A stretch of DNA of 64,000 nt from Camelus ferus. Taxonomy: Eukaryota. Position numbers and translations under genes: made by a program. Below, piece after piece: positions 53,162 to 64,000 of this stretch (position 1 is its first letter; every line of letters begins with the position of its first letter). The stretch lies in the NCBI RefSeq assembly GCF_009834535.1, contig NC_045697.1, positions 42,596,001-42,660,000 of the forward strand, given 5' to 3'. The notes under the pieces were generated by a model. The model was not told the origin of the DNA and searched no databases. It worked only from the letters and a program-made list of their open reading frames with translations.

Positions 53162-53200
<39 letters not shown>
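53162..53200. repeat. (TG)19 microsatellite followed by a TA-rich stretch
   Basis: Read directly. Confidence 0.97.
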
Positions 53201-53203
<3 letters not shown>

Positions 53204-53748
53204 CATTATATATAAATTATATATATAATATGTATGTATAATCTTCTAAGGAACAAAAACTGCATAAACTTAATTCTACAGGTAGCAATAGATTTAGTCT
53301 ACAGATTATTTTTGCTTTAAAAGTGCATTGGGTGTGTATGTGCAAAATTTAACGTTCCTTTTATGTGGGTGTGTTTTACCCATAAACTTGGATAATTTAT
53401 GTGACCTTTACTTGAATATGGAGTAAAGCAAGTATTATATTCAGTAATCAGGAATACTGTGAGGCAGGGAGTGATGAGAATCTTTAAACCACAACAGAGT
53501 TTCATTCAGAAAGACCCCTGAAGCTGATTCCTGAGACCACTTCACCATCTTTCAGTAGATTGTATTTAACTTACTTCCTGTGAGTTTCCACACCTTTGGA
53601 AGTATTTGCACATTAAAAAAAAAAAAGAATGCTCGTGTTTTTAATATTCTAATAAGGAGAGAGTAAAGATAGGTCCTTTTTTCTTTTCGAATCAAAATGC
53701 TCAGACTGTTCCTCTATAGTTACATTGTTTTCCTTTCTTCTCCTTCAG

Positions 53749-53860
53749 TTAGGCATCTCCTCCCATGAGAACGCCACTCCCGTGAAGCTGATACACAACT
53801 CAGCAGGACACCTTAATGGACCTGCACGGACGATTGGGGCTACTCTGATTGGATACTTGG
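53749..53860 (+). CDS. WDFY3: WDFY3 exon T, 112 nt, phase 0>1 (LGISSHENATP...LIGYL)
   Basis: ccttcag|TTA ... TGG|gtgagt; ORF 53725..53973. Confidence 0.97.
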
Positions 53861-55644
53861 GTGAGTCAGGTAGACTTTGTCCTTTAAAACTTCTTTATTG
53901 GTCTTCAAAGCTGCATTCACCTTCTTCGTTGAAGGTGGTGTTTAATTTTATATCCTGTGGTACTGACCTATAATGTTCTCTCAGTATTTAGAGATTAATG
54001 TCAATCCCAGGCTCCAGACAACTTTAAAAATTATAACTTTTTATAAAATTCCGTTAACCTTTCCCCTCTTTTGTCAGCATGGATGAGCACTGACTGTATA
54101 CTTCTATATAATTTCAAGGTAAATTTTATACTACATTTAGGGACAGTTGTAAAGACTCAGAAATATTAATGATTGTTATTGCTATATGGTTTGGTTGCCT
54201 TAGTGGTGGCACTCATGCTTCTGTTATTTGGAAATGAGCTAGAAATAAGAGCTTCGGAGTGTGAGCATGTGACTCCAACTATAATAAAAGTCAGAGCTGT
54301 AGAGCCTCATACTTGTCTGCTTCAAAAGATTTCTTTTTTTGGGGGGAGGGTTAGCTAGAATGTTGAGGCATAACTCAATCAGGCTATCTAAAATTCAAAA
54401 CTAGCTATTATGTATTTTAATGTTCAGATCAGTACATAATATTGGTTCCTTTTAAGATTAACAAAAAGTGTTGGGCCAGTCAGCATCCTACCTGTTCACT
54501 ATCAGTCCTAGGCAACTTTTATTGTCCCAGGCATGTGCACATCTCCTAACTTAGTCTTTCTTTTTGACCATATTGTATTAATAAAAGTTTCCTTTATGCT
54601 AAGGCACATGGTAGTTTTTCTTTATTCAATTAAGCAAGTATTTACTGAGCACTGACTGCTCTATGCCCTGTGCAGAGATACAGCAGTGCTGTGACACAGC
54701 AGGAAGAGCAGTGAATGAACAGCTCAGAGATTTAGGTTCTAACCCTTGTTGTGTCACTGGATTCATGCCAGACATTTGAGCTCTGGGGATGTCATTTTTC
54801 TTATCTATAAACTAGTAGTTCTGGCCCTAATTACCTTAGAGGATTGTTTTCAAAATCCAGTGCCATACATATTACAGTATTGTGAATACTGCAAGCCACA
54901 CAGAATATAAAATGCATTATTTGCTTTATTTTTGAAAAGCTCAATCTTGATCGGTAGGCAAATGACATTCAAACATTGCCTTTAAAAAAGAAAAAAAAAT
55001 AGGTTAGGAATGTATAGAGATGAATTTTTTTGTTTGTTTAATTGACACAAAGTTAGTTCCAGTACCTGTTCCCACATACTTCTGCTCTTCCAGGATCACT
55101 GATGTTCTGTTATTCAGACTGTGTAACTAAGAGCAGCTTTGAGCAGTGGTCAGTAATATGCTTTGTTTGGCTTTTCTGTAGGGTATGCTTCACCCCTGCC
55201 AGGTCGGCTTCCCCATCCCATTTCCCAGCTCACAGAGTTGACGTGCTTTTGCTCTCCCCAAGCTTATTCTCCAACAGTACCTAGTAAGGCATTCTCCCTT
55301 TCCGCAGAAATACATCCTCAGGGCCTCGGTCCTTGTGAGTCTGAATGCTGCCCAGGGCACATCATGGAAGCATTGGTGCTTGCTCTCAAGCCCAGTTCTT
55401 CTCTGCTCGCTCCTTTGCTCCCAGTTCTTCTCTGAAAGTATATACATCAGCATTTACTGCCTTCCCCCAAATTCTACCTTGAATTTTTTTTTTCAAGAAT
55501 TTCTCTTTTAGGCTAGAAGGGTTTGGGGGGTTTCTTTTTTAAAGTATAATTTATAATTAATTAAATATTTCTTAAGATAATGTATTCAGTTCTTGTGTAC
55601 AGTGGGGAATTTATTTTAATTATTTTTCACTGTCTTTTAATCAG

Positions 55645-55835
55645 GAGTAAGAACATTTGTTCCTAAGCCTGTTGCCACTACTTTGCAGTACATTGGTGGA
55701 GCTGCAGCCCTCCTGGGCCTGGTGGCCATGGCCTCCGATGTGGAAGGGCTCTATGCTGCAGTCAAGGCCCTGGTTTGTGTGGTCAGGAGTAACCCACTAG
55801 CCAGCAAAGAAATGGAAAGAATCAAGGGCTACCAG
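55645..55835 (+). CDS. WDFY3: WDFY3 exon U, 191 nt, phase 1>0 (GVRTFVPKPV...RIKGYQ)
   Basis: taatcag|GA ... CAG|gtttgt; ORF 55683..55889. Confidence 0.96.
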
Positions 55836-56820
55836 GTTTGTAACCATAAAGCTTGGTCGTCACTTTACTTTGCATTAAAGGTCTTCTAATTGTCATGGTT
55901 ATTTGTTTTTTCAAACTCTGAAAGAATGATACTGCCCAAGTAGACTTGAAAAGTTAGTAGTTTTTATTAAAACTAACATTTCAAGTGAGAATGTGAGTTG
56001 TTTGTTAGTTTGGAGTTATTTTTCTCTGTGGAAATAGGGATTAAATGAAATGGGGTCATGTTCCCACTGCTCTGGAGACTGCCAGGTTGGGAGGAGGTCC
56101 GGAGCCCTCCCGGTCCCCCTGGTCTCTCCCTCCACACCCAGTCATCCTTTACCCGCTTCCTTACTCAGCCATGTGAGAGCCACTGTGTGTTATATGGTCC
56201 CGAAAACTCACATGCGACTGAAAATACGCAGTGTTCATCACTTACATCTCTACTAGGTTTAGGCAGAAAGCTGCTTATGAGAAGAGAAACAGGTATTTGG
56301 AGCAAGATTAAATCCCTCTAGTGTAGATGAAGAACAAATGCCTTCTCTGGCTTTAGCCTGAAGTTCATTGGCAGCAGATAAACTCTTTAGTGTTTTCTGT
56401 AGATTTAATTACTCTATTCTGGTAAGTTTTATTTTACAAAACTTTCAAAATGATACTGCAGCACTGTTTATCATGAAAAAAATAGGAATAATCTAAAAGT
56501 TCCAATAGTATGAGACTGACTGATAATACTATAACCATTTCCTATGATAAAATTATAATCATGGAGACAGTATTGCAAAAGAAAAATCCTTTTGATAAAT
56601 TTCTGTAGAGAAAAAGAGTAGAAAATTGTATGCACATGATGACAACAACAATTTAAATGTTTATATGTAAATTGAAAGAGTTTATGTAAAAGTGGATATT
56701 TTTATAATAGAATGATGGGATTAGCTGCTTTTCAGACTTCCTGTAATGCTATTTTATCATAATAAAAATTTAGAAATCAGTGTAGAAGTCTCAGGAATTG
56801 CTCTGCATAGGGTTCTCCAG

Positions 56821-56847
56821 TGTGTGTGTGTGTGTATGTGTGTGTGT
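56821..56847. repeat. Imperfect (TG)13 repeat
   Basis: Read directly. Confidence 0.95.
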
Positions 56848-56893
56848 CCGTAGGACGATTGATAAACAAACATTTGGTATTGCTTTCTTTTAG

Positions 56894-57046
56894 TTGCTGG
56901 CAATGCTGCTTAAGAAGAAACGTTCCCTTCTGAACAGCCACATTCTCCACCTGACTTTTTCCTTGGTGGGAACTGTTGACAGTGGACATGAGACCTCCAT
57001 TATTCCAAATTCAACTGCTTTCCAGGATCTACTTTGTGACTTTGAA
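56894..57046 (+). CDS. WDFY3: WDFY3 exon V, 153 nt, phase 0>0 (LLAMLLKKKR...LLCDFE)
   Basis: cttttag|TTG ... GAA|gtatgt; ORF 56894..57079. Confidence 0.97.
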
Positions 57047-57479
57047 GTATGTATAAGCACGCTAACTGGAAAAATATAATCAATGAATCAATTTCTTATT
57101 CTATATTTGATAGAGTTAACTATTAAATAATCTTGTCTCTAAAACATGTTTATATTCTATGATTTTATGATGCTCATGTTAATGTCACTAGTAAGATGTA
57201 CAAAATAGGGTAGTAATGGGGTTCCTTCTCCCCAAAGATGTTTCATTTTACAAATATCGTAGAAGTGAAACAGTGCATTGCATATGCCTAACTATGGCCA
57301 ATTCGCTGTTGCTGCTGGCATTATGAGAGGCAAACATATTTTCATCAAATAATTTTGATGGAAACTTTTCCTTAATAAATAGGAGTTAGGCCTGAAATTT
57401 TGATTACTAGTAGCTGTTTAGTAAAATACTCCTTTCACCAGAATAACAAGATTTTTATTTCTACTGTCTTATTACCATA

Positions 57480-58620
57480 ACAGCTTCCACTCTGTCTTCT
57501 CAGATCTCACATATCTTTCTCCATTTAATTTCTTGTTTGCAACACTTTGCACACTCATCATTATATACTTCACTTTCAAGACTGTGAGATTGGAGGCTTG
57601 GGGAGTGCAGAAACCATGTCTGTCTTCACCTTTGTGTCCCTAAGCACTCAGAGTGGTGCGTGGCACCTGATGTTTGCTGTTATGTGTGGCCCTAACTCTT
57701 CTTTGTAGCTTCTGTAAGCTGTGTCTTGTCAGTTATTTTAAATCTCTAACAAAGAGGCTGTGTGCCCTCATTGCTTTACTGAAACTTTATTTGGAAGCGT
57801 ATTAGCAGTCCTCTTCCAAATACAAATCCGTGGCTTGTCCTCGGCTCTCATACCTCCAGCTCTCGTACCCCCAGCTCTCAGTGGCACATGGCGCAGTCTG
57901 TTTCCCTCTTCTTGCATCTCTTAGTTCTTTGTTAGCTTTTGGGCATCACTCCCCTCGTTCTTATATCTTTCTCACTGCTTTTCCTATAATTTTCTGATTG
58001 TGGAATTTTCATTACTTTATAAAAGTGTCCATCTTCACTTCTTTATCTTTTCCTTTGTTGTCTTCTTTCCTTTAGGTTCTCACCCAGGCCCATAGCCTCA
58101 TCTCTACAGAGGCGACTCGCAAATCTGAATTTTTATCTTGACATTCGAATTCCAGACTGACTTCTAACTTCTTCCTCAGCATTTCCATTTTTATGTCCCA
58201 GCAACACCTAAACCGAACTTAAGATCCTTCCCCAAATTAGTTCTTCCTTTTAACTTCTGTTTCTATTAATAATACCACCATTCCCCCATTCACTGAGGCT
58301 TGAAACTGAAAAATCAGCTTCCTCCTTCTGCACTGTTGATACAGTCCATATTAAGTCTGTAGATTCTGCTTCCACATTTCATGTAGTCTGTGTTTTCTGT
58401 TCCTCCTGCTACATCCTAACCCAAGCCCTAATCAGTTCTCCTAACTTATTAAGATACCAGTCACTTCTTTCTCCCTTTCCTATCCTGTGTGTTTTTTGAC
58501 CTCATTCTTTCTAAGATGTAATTGTATCCCTTATTCAAAAACTTCCAGTGATTTTTCTGCACAATAAAGTACACATTTCTCAGCTTGATAGTCAAAGTTC
58601 TAACAAACAAACCTCTCATT
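57480..58620 (+). mobile_element. LINE-2 fragments
   Basis: gactgtgag...ccatgtctgtctt...gtgcgtggcac; gactcgcaaatct...ttccagact. Confidence 0.5.
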
Positions 58621-59084
58621 CTTTTAGAAAATAATTAATGAATAGATTTGAGCCAAGCACTGGATTAGGTGCTAAGGGTATGAAAATAAAGGAGAGTTGA
58701 GTCAATGCCTCAAGGCATTTGGTCCATTAGAAGAGTGGAGCAAATAGACAATAAAAACTTGTGAAAGCACAGAGATAAATGTATGCGCTAATTATTATGA
58801 GAGTACCAAGGAGATCTACTTAATAAGCCAAGCTTCGTTTTCATCTGGTAATTGATACGTTACCTTTAGTTTCAGATTTCTGACTAAAATTTAGTATACA
58901 AACATTGGAAGTTTAGTTGCTTTGCAAAGTTTGGCTTCACTCTATCATACCCTGCTCACTTTATGGCTTCAGATAGCATTCCTAGTAACCCCGGACTATA
59001 ACAGTCAATAAATATTTAATTTACCCTATTTTTAGAACAGCCATTTGACAAATGTAAGTCAAATAACTGTAATAGCACCCAAGC

Positions 59085-60500
59085 ATTTTCTTTTTTAGTG
59101 GTTGTTCTAGAAATTGCAATATACATGTGAAACAATTCAGTCTGTCCTCAGGTACATGATTCCACTTTACCGATAGTGTAAAAACCCTTGTAACCGTGTC
59201 CTTCCATTTCTCCTCCTGTCCTGTGTGCTACTGTTGTCATACGTTTTACTGTGTGTGTTTATAATCCCCACAATACTTTGTATTATTTTTGTTTTAGATA
59301 GTCTATTATCTTTGAAAGGCATTAAAATTATTTTATATTTGCCCACATACCACTGTTTATGGGCTTTTTTATTCCTTTGTGTAGAGCCAGATTTCCATCC
59401 TGTGATGAGTAGTGTGTCTGCCTGCAGAACTTGCTCTAACATTTCTTATAGTGCAGGTCTCTTGGCGATAAATACTCCCATCTGAAAAAGTATTTTCCCT
59501 TCTTTTTTGAAAGATATTTTTGCACAGAATAGAGTTCAAGTTGATGGTTTTTATTCTTTTCATCCTTTGAAGATGTCAGTCTCTCCGTTGCCTGAATGTT
59601 GCTTCTGCCTGGGCTTTGTTGACCTTTTTAGGTCTGTGAGTTTGTCATTTTCATCAAGTGGGAAAATTTGTAGTTGTTATTTCTTCAATTGTTCCCCTCC
59701 CCCTCCCCCACCTAGGCACTCACCTCACACGCACACCTTTTTTGGACTCCAGTTAAACATATTGTTTGATTTGTCCCACAAGTCACTAATGCTCTATCTA
59801 GCAATATCTTTTTTTAGTATTTTTTTCTCATGCTTCATTTTGAATAGTTTCTATTGTTATGTCTTTAAGTTTCCTGAATTTTTCTCTGCAGCATCTAACC
59901 TTCTGTTAGTCCCATCCAGTATGCTTTTCATTTTGGATATTTTACTTCTTACCTGTAGAAGTTCATTTTGGATCTTGGTTATTTCTGTTATTTTTCTCAT
60001 CATGTTCATATTTTTGTTACATTCTTTAGCATATGGAGCATATTTAGTAGCTTTTTTTTAAGGTCTCAGTAATTCTATCATCTGTCATTTCTGGGCCTGT
60101 TAATAATGGTTGTTTTTTTCCTCCTACTTACGGCTCGTGTTTTTCCTTTTTTTTTTTTTTTTTTGCATACTTGGTTAATTTTTGATTAGATACTAAATTT
60201 CACATTGCTGAGTGCCAAATTTTATTTTATTCTTTTAAAGAATGTTAAGCTTTTCTCTGCCATTGCAGTTACATTGACACTTTTGAGACATGCTTTTAAG
60301 CCTTGTAGGGTGGACTTTTAAAATTTTTAGTCTAGTGGTTATTTAGACCCACTACGAAGGTATTACTTTTGAGACCTCTACCCAACTTTCCCACATATTA
60401 TGAAGTCTCTACACTGGTTGGTGGGAGTGCAAACTATTCTCAGCGCCTGTGAGTTCTAGGAATTGTTTGTTGTACTACTTTGCAATGGTTATTTCCAGTT
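59085..60500 (-). mobile_element. Old L1M (MC/MD/ME-type) fragment
   Basis: T-rich L1 antisense: ttagtggttgttctaga..., acatttcttatagtgcaggtct, ttgaaagatatttttgc. Confidence 0.7.
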
Positions 60501-60875
60501 TCGGACACACAGGAGATTCCTGCCATTCGGTTTTTGTATTCAGCATATAGCATTCAGTATTCATTCTATTCAGTATATTGTATTCAGTAATTGTAATTAG
60601 TCATTGATTCCAGGGGAATTTTCTATAGATCTTGCCTTTCTAGTTGGTTACTCCAGGAGGGTAATTTCCATAGCGATTATCCCTTTATGAGTAGAACCAG
60701 CAGTCCTATATCCAAGCAGTTTTAGAGGGCTACAACAAGTAAAAACTAATAAAGTGGTTACATTCATTTAATTATGTAAGTGGAATAAGTTCTGTGCACT
60801 GTGTTTGTGTTTGTTGGATTGGAATTTGGGGTAGTTTTTTAACCTTAACTATACTGTTCTTTATTTTGATTATAG

Positions 60876-60949
60876 GTCTGGCTCCATGCACCGTATGAAC
60901 TTCATCTTTCCTTATTTGAACACTTTATTGAGCTGCTCACAGAGTCCAG
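60876..60949 (+). CDS. WDFY3: WDFY3 exon W, 74 nt, phase 0>2 (VWLHAPYELHLSLFEHFIELLTES)
   Basis: ttatag|GTC ... CAG|gtatta. Confidence 0.95.
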
Positions 60950-61028
60950 GTATTAGTTAATACCTAAATAGTTGTTCGCTTACAGAAGAGATGCTAGTAC
61001 AGTAGATAAAATCTTCTTTCTCTTACAG

Positions 61029-61190
61029 TGAAGCTTCAAAGAACGCCAAGTTAATGAGGGAATTCCAGCTAATCCCAAAGTTGCTACTGACTCTTCGAGA
61101 TATGTCTTTATCCCAGCCTACCATCGCTGCCATTAGTAATGTGCTGAGCTTCTTACTGCAGGGTTTTCCCAGCAGCAACGATCTGCTCAG
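61029..61190 (+). CDS. WDFY3: WDFY3 exon X, 162 nt, phase 2>2 (SEASKNAKLM...SNDLLR)
   Basis: tcttacag|T ... CAG|gtagta. Confidence 0.96.
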
Positions 61191-61939
61191 GTAGTAAAAA
61201 CTTACACGTTTTTCTGTCTGTTAACTGAAAGTACCATTAAGGTTAAGATGATTGAGATGAATATAATTGGTTCCTATGCCTGCATAACATCTGTAAAGTT
61301 GATACTAGTCAAGATATTTAAAAGGCATGGAAAATATGCATGTATCTTGCAAAGCCAATTGTTGTCACTAGTGAATAATAGAATTGGGGTGAGAAAAGAT
61401 GTTAGAATTAGCCCAATGAGACTGGTTGTCCTAGACATAAAAGTGTGCAGTATAGGAATTCTTGGTCCCCGGCCCTTTTCCCCAAGCCTTGCTACTTCTC
61501 AGGTGTGTGTGCAGAAGCATGTGTACACACACTTGCACGCCCATAGGGAGCCTGCCGTGTCTTTTATATTTGTTCTCTATCCCCCAAACTAAGGGTGATG
61601 TTTTATTGTTGTACATTCAAACCTGTTATATGATGTGGCTATTATTTTGCTGCCAATGTGAAATGTGGCTTAAGGCATATTCATGGAGTGTCTGTAGAAC
61701 TGTTCCAATAGTCACATGATGATCCTCATCTTAACTGAAAATGGAAGGGAAAAAACTAACCAAGGTGTTTTCCAAGTAGAGAATTGCTTAAACTGGACTT
61801 AATCATTACTGTTCGTGTAATCGCTCAGGTGTCACAGGTGAAATCACACCTGATGAATGCAATACTCACAGCAAACTAATCTCTCATTGTTGTAACATGT
61901 AAGGTACTCACTTTTGTATTCAGTCACCTTGAAGGCATT

Positions 61940-62068
61940 CCCTCCCCACCTTAGGGGGTGGTCATTAGGCTTATTTATTTATTTTTTTTAGTAGAGGCAC
62001 TGGGGATTGAACCCGGGACCTTATGCATGCTAAGCACGTGCTCTATCACTTGAGCTATACCCTCCCCC
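61940..62068 (-). mobile_element. tRNA-derived SINE (Vic-1-like) with a 14-bp TSD
   Basis: Reverse complement gggggagggtatagctcaagtgatagagcacgtgcttagcatgc...ggttcaatcccc. TSD accttgaaggcatt (61926-61939) / accttgaaagcatt (62072-62085). Confidence 0.9.
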
Positions 62069-62724
62069 TTAACCTTGAAAGCATTTTTTTAACTTGGTGA
62101 CAGATTTAAAACTGGAGTTTAAAATGTATTTTGGAGATTATCATTATTATTGACAATATTTATTTAGCTCTTATGCTGGTACTATAATGATCACTTTGCT
62201 AAAATTATCACTGAAACCTATCAAAGTTTTTTATTCTCTATATTTTTATTCTTTATATTACAAACTAAGAAATTAAAAGTCCTGAGGGGTTAAGCTACTT
62301 GCCCCAGGTAACATGGTTAAAAACTGATACAGCTAGGATTTCAGCCTTACCTGTGTTTCCAAAACCCACACCCTCAACTACTAGGCTACAGTGGATGCAT
62401 ATAGATAATGTTAGGACACTTTGATTTGGATCCTGCTATGTGGTTTTCGAAATCATTTGGATTAGTGCATTCAAGGACTCATACTTTTGATGAGGTATAT
62501 TTTTCCCCATATGTATTTTAAAACATTAGGGCATGTATAATGTTAATTGCAACAGTTCTAGGGGAAGCAAATGAAATACAGCCATGTAAGATCTGTATAA
62601 GAGTAGTTAAAATTAGTAATACTATTTTGGTTTTCATTTCTTTGTTTTCTTTTTCTTAGTATCTTGCTGTTTATTTTGGAGAGAAAAAATATAATCTGTA
62701 ACCTCTGTTTTCTTGTATTTAAAG

Positions 62725-62819
62725 GTTTGGCCAGTTTATTTCTTCTACTTTACCAACCTTTGCAGTTTGTGAGAAATTTGTAGTTATGGAAATAAACCAT
62801 GAAGAGAAGCCTGACACTG
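62725..62819 (+). CDS. WDFY3: WDFY3 exon Y, 95 nt, phase 2>1 (FGQFISSTLPT...EEKPDT)
   Basis: atttaaag|G ... CTG|gtgagt. Confidence 0.95.
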
Positions 62820-63050
62820 GTGAGTCAATTCTGGAGTTTGGAACCTAATTACCATGCCCTGTTTTCTTCTGGCACAAATTAGACCTGAATTATATGTGAT
62901 ACTATTATATTACTTTTCTCCTTAACATTACTTTTTTAGGTCTTTTGCAGATGCATTTGTCTTAGACCAAACTTCTACAATATGCAGAAATACAGAATTA
63001 CCTACACGTTTAATAGGGTGTGGATTTACTTTAGAAATGAAATGTTGGCA

Positions 63051-63165
63051 GGGGGAGGGGGGTGGATAGCTCAGTGGTAGAGTGCATGCCTAGCATGCAT
63101 GAGGTCCTGAGCTCAATCCCCAGTACCTCCATTTAAAAAATAAATAAATAAATATATAAATAAAT
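63051..63165 (+). mobile_element. tRNA-derived SINE (Vic-1-like), short form with a (TAAA)n tail
   Basis: tagctcagtggtagagtgcatgcctagcatgcatgaggtcctgagctcaatccccagtacctcc + A-rich tail. Confidence 0.9.
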
Positions 63166-64000
63166 TTTTTTAAAATACTATAAAAAAAATTTCCTAATTT
63201 TAGAGGATTTATAGCCAATGTTCCTTTAAATAGTAACTCTTTCAGTGTAATTTCTGAGCATTATTTGACATTTTAAAATTTATATACATCCTTGAGAAAC
63301 ACGGATTCTTGCTTAAACGAATTGTATCTATGTTACTATTATTTTCAGTTCCCTGTTAAATATTTAGTAGTCATTGAGGGAAAGAACATTTTACTAGAAT
63401 CATTTTATGTAAATGTAGAATAAAAATAATTTCTTAAGTTGTGGTTCCTAGGCCCATGACAACCACTTTTTTTTTTTTTTAAGTTTCCTTTGGAGCTTAT
63501 TTTTCCCACTGTTCTAATATATTTTTCCTGTCATGTATTCTAGAATAGGAGATTTGCTTGGAAAGCATTGAAAAGACATTTTAGATTAACCTATAATTAA
63601 ATTCACAGTATTTTATATTGGTTCAGCATAATTTACATTATTAGCCTGTTACATTACTCCAAAATCATGTCCCAGAAATGATTTCCTTTAAAACTCTAAC
63701 AACCCTACCTGTCCAGGAGTCCTCTTCTATGTTGGCTCTGTCATTCAGAGCACGGCCTCTGTGGTGCTTCATGAATAAAAAGAGAAAGTGGTGTAATTAT
63801 GTTTTTCGAAGGAGAAACTGAGAAATTCGAGAGGCTGACTCCTTGCAAATCATAGAGCAGAACATAAGGCCGGTGACCACTTAACTTTCTACTCATTTGG
63901 AACAATGTTAATACTTCTTTGGTGACACAAATTAGCAGTGGATGAGAAGCATAAAGATCAAATCAATGGATAGCACTTATTTAGTGCTGAATATTTGCCA

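Larger units (their letters stand above)
2929..62819 (+). other. WDFY3: WDFY3/ALFY gene body, internal portion (25 coding exons; gene continues beyond both window edges)
   Basis: The manually spliced exons give one open frame of 4545 nt. The peptide is recognised as WDFY3 (e.g. KTVDCMTTMSVPSTLVKCLYLFFDLP, GFVYITSLLVAMERSL, GQWHHLVLVMSKGMLKNS). All introns are GT-AG with matching phases. Confidence 0.98.

Noticed and set aside
59507..60061. 184-aa hydrophobic ORF as a membrane protein
   Set aside because: It lies in T-rich antisense L1 sequence, which produces F/L/S/I-rich spurious ORFs. It starts at TTG and has no splice support.
57047..60875. U12 (minor) intron suggested by CCTTAAC at 60843-60849
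   Set aside because: The donor is GTATGTAT, not the U12 consensus GTATCCTT. The motif fits an ordinary U2 branch point.
2929..62819. WDFY3 pseudogene, or the paralogue WDFY4
   Set aside because: All 25 exons are in frame with intact splice sites. The peptide matches my recollection of WDFY3 nearly residue for residue, with only scattered substitutions.
63051..63130. tRNA gene (A and B boxes), also at 16170, 38795 and 61940
   Set aside because: These are dispersed diverged copies with A-rich tails and TSDs, and no complete cloverleaf acceptor stem. They are SINEs, not tRNAs.
1..64000. A novel multi-gene system, CRISPR array, operon or phage/defence island
   Set aside because: The window is accounted for by spliced exons of one mammalian gene plus typical intronic repeats. 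I saw no regularly spaced repeat-spacer array and no long unexplained ORF.

Overview
This is eukaryotic (placental mammal) genomic DNA, not a prokaryotic accessory region. The whole window lies inside one large + strand gene, WDFY3 (ALFY, the BEACH/WD40/FYVE selective-autophagy scaffold). I traced 25 consecutive internal coding exons from 2929 to 62819. All have AG/GT boundaries and compatible phases, and they join into an uninterrupted frame of 4545 nt (about 1515 codons). From memory of human WDFY3, this is roughly residues 102-1617: the N-terminal helical region plus the ConA/LamG-like domain. The start codon and the BEACH/WD40/FYVE end lie outside the window. The introns are AT-rich and hold L1, L2, MIR, hAT DNA-transposon relics, a solo ERV LTR and four copies of a short tRNA-derived SINE. 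The SINE resembles the camelid Vic-1 type, so the source is probably a camelid (inference). I found no evidence for a new biological system. The most interesting observations are RNA-level hypotheses: a hairpin covering the 5' splice site of a 79-nt intron, inverted SINEs flanking an exon, a cassette-like 84-nt exon, several candidate poison or cryptic exons, and a triple-nested L2>LTR>L1 insertion. Repeat family names are from visual recognition, and their edges are approximate unless a target-site duplication (TSD) is given.
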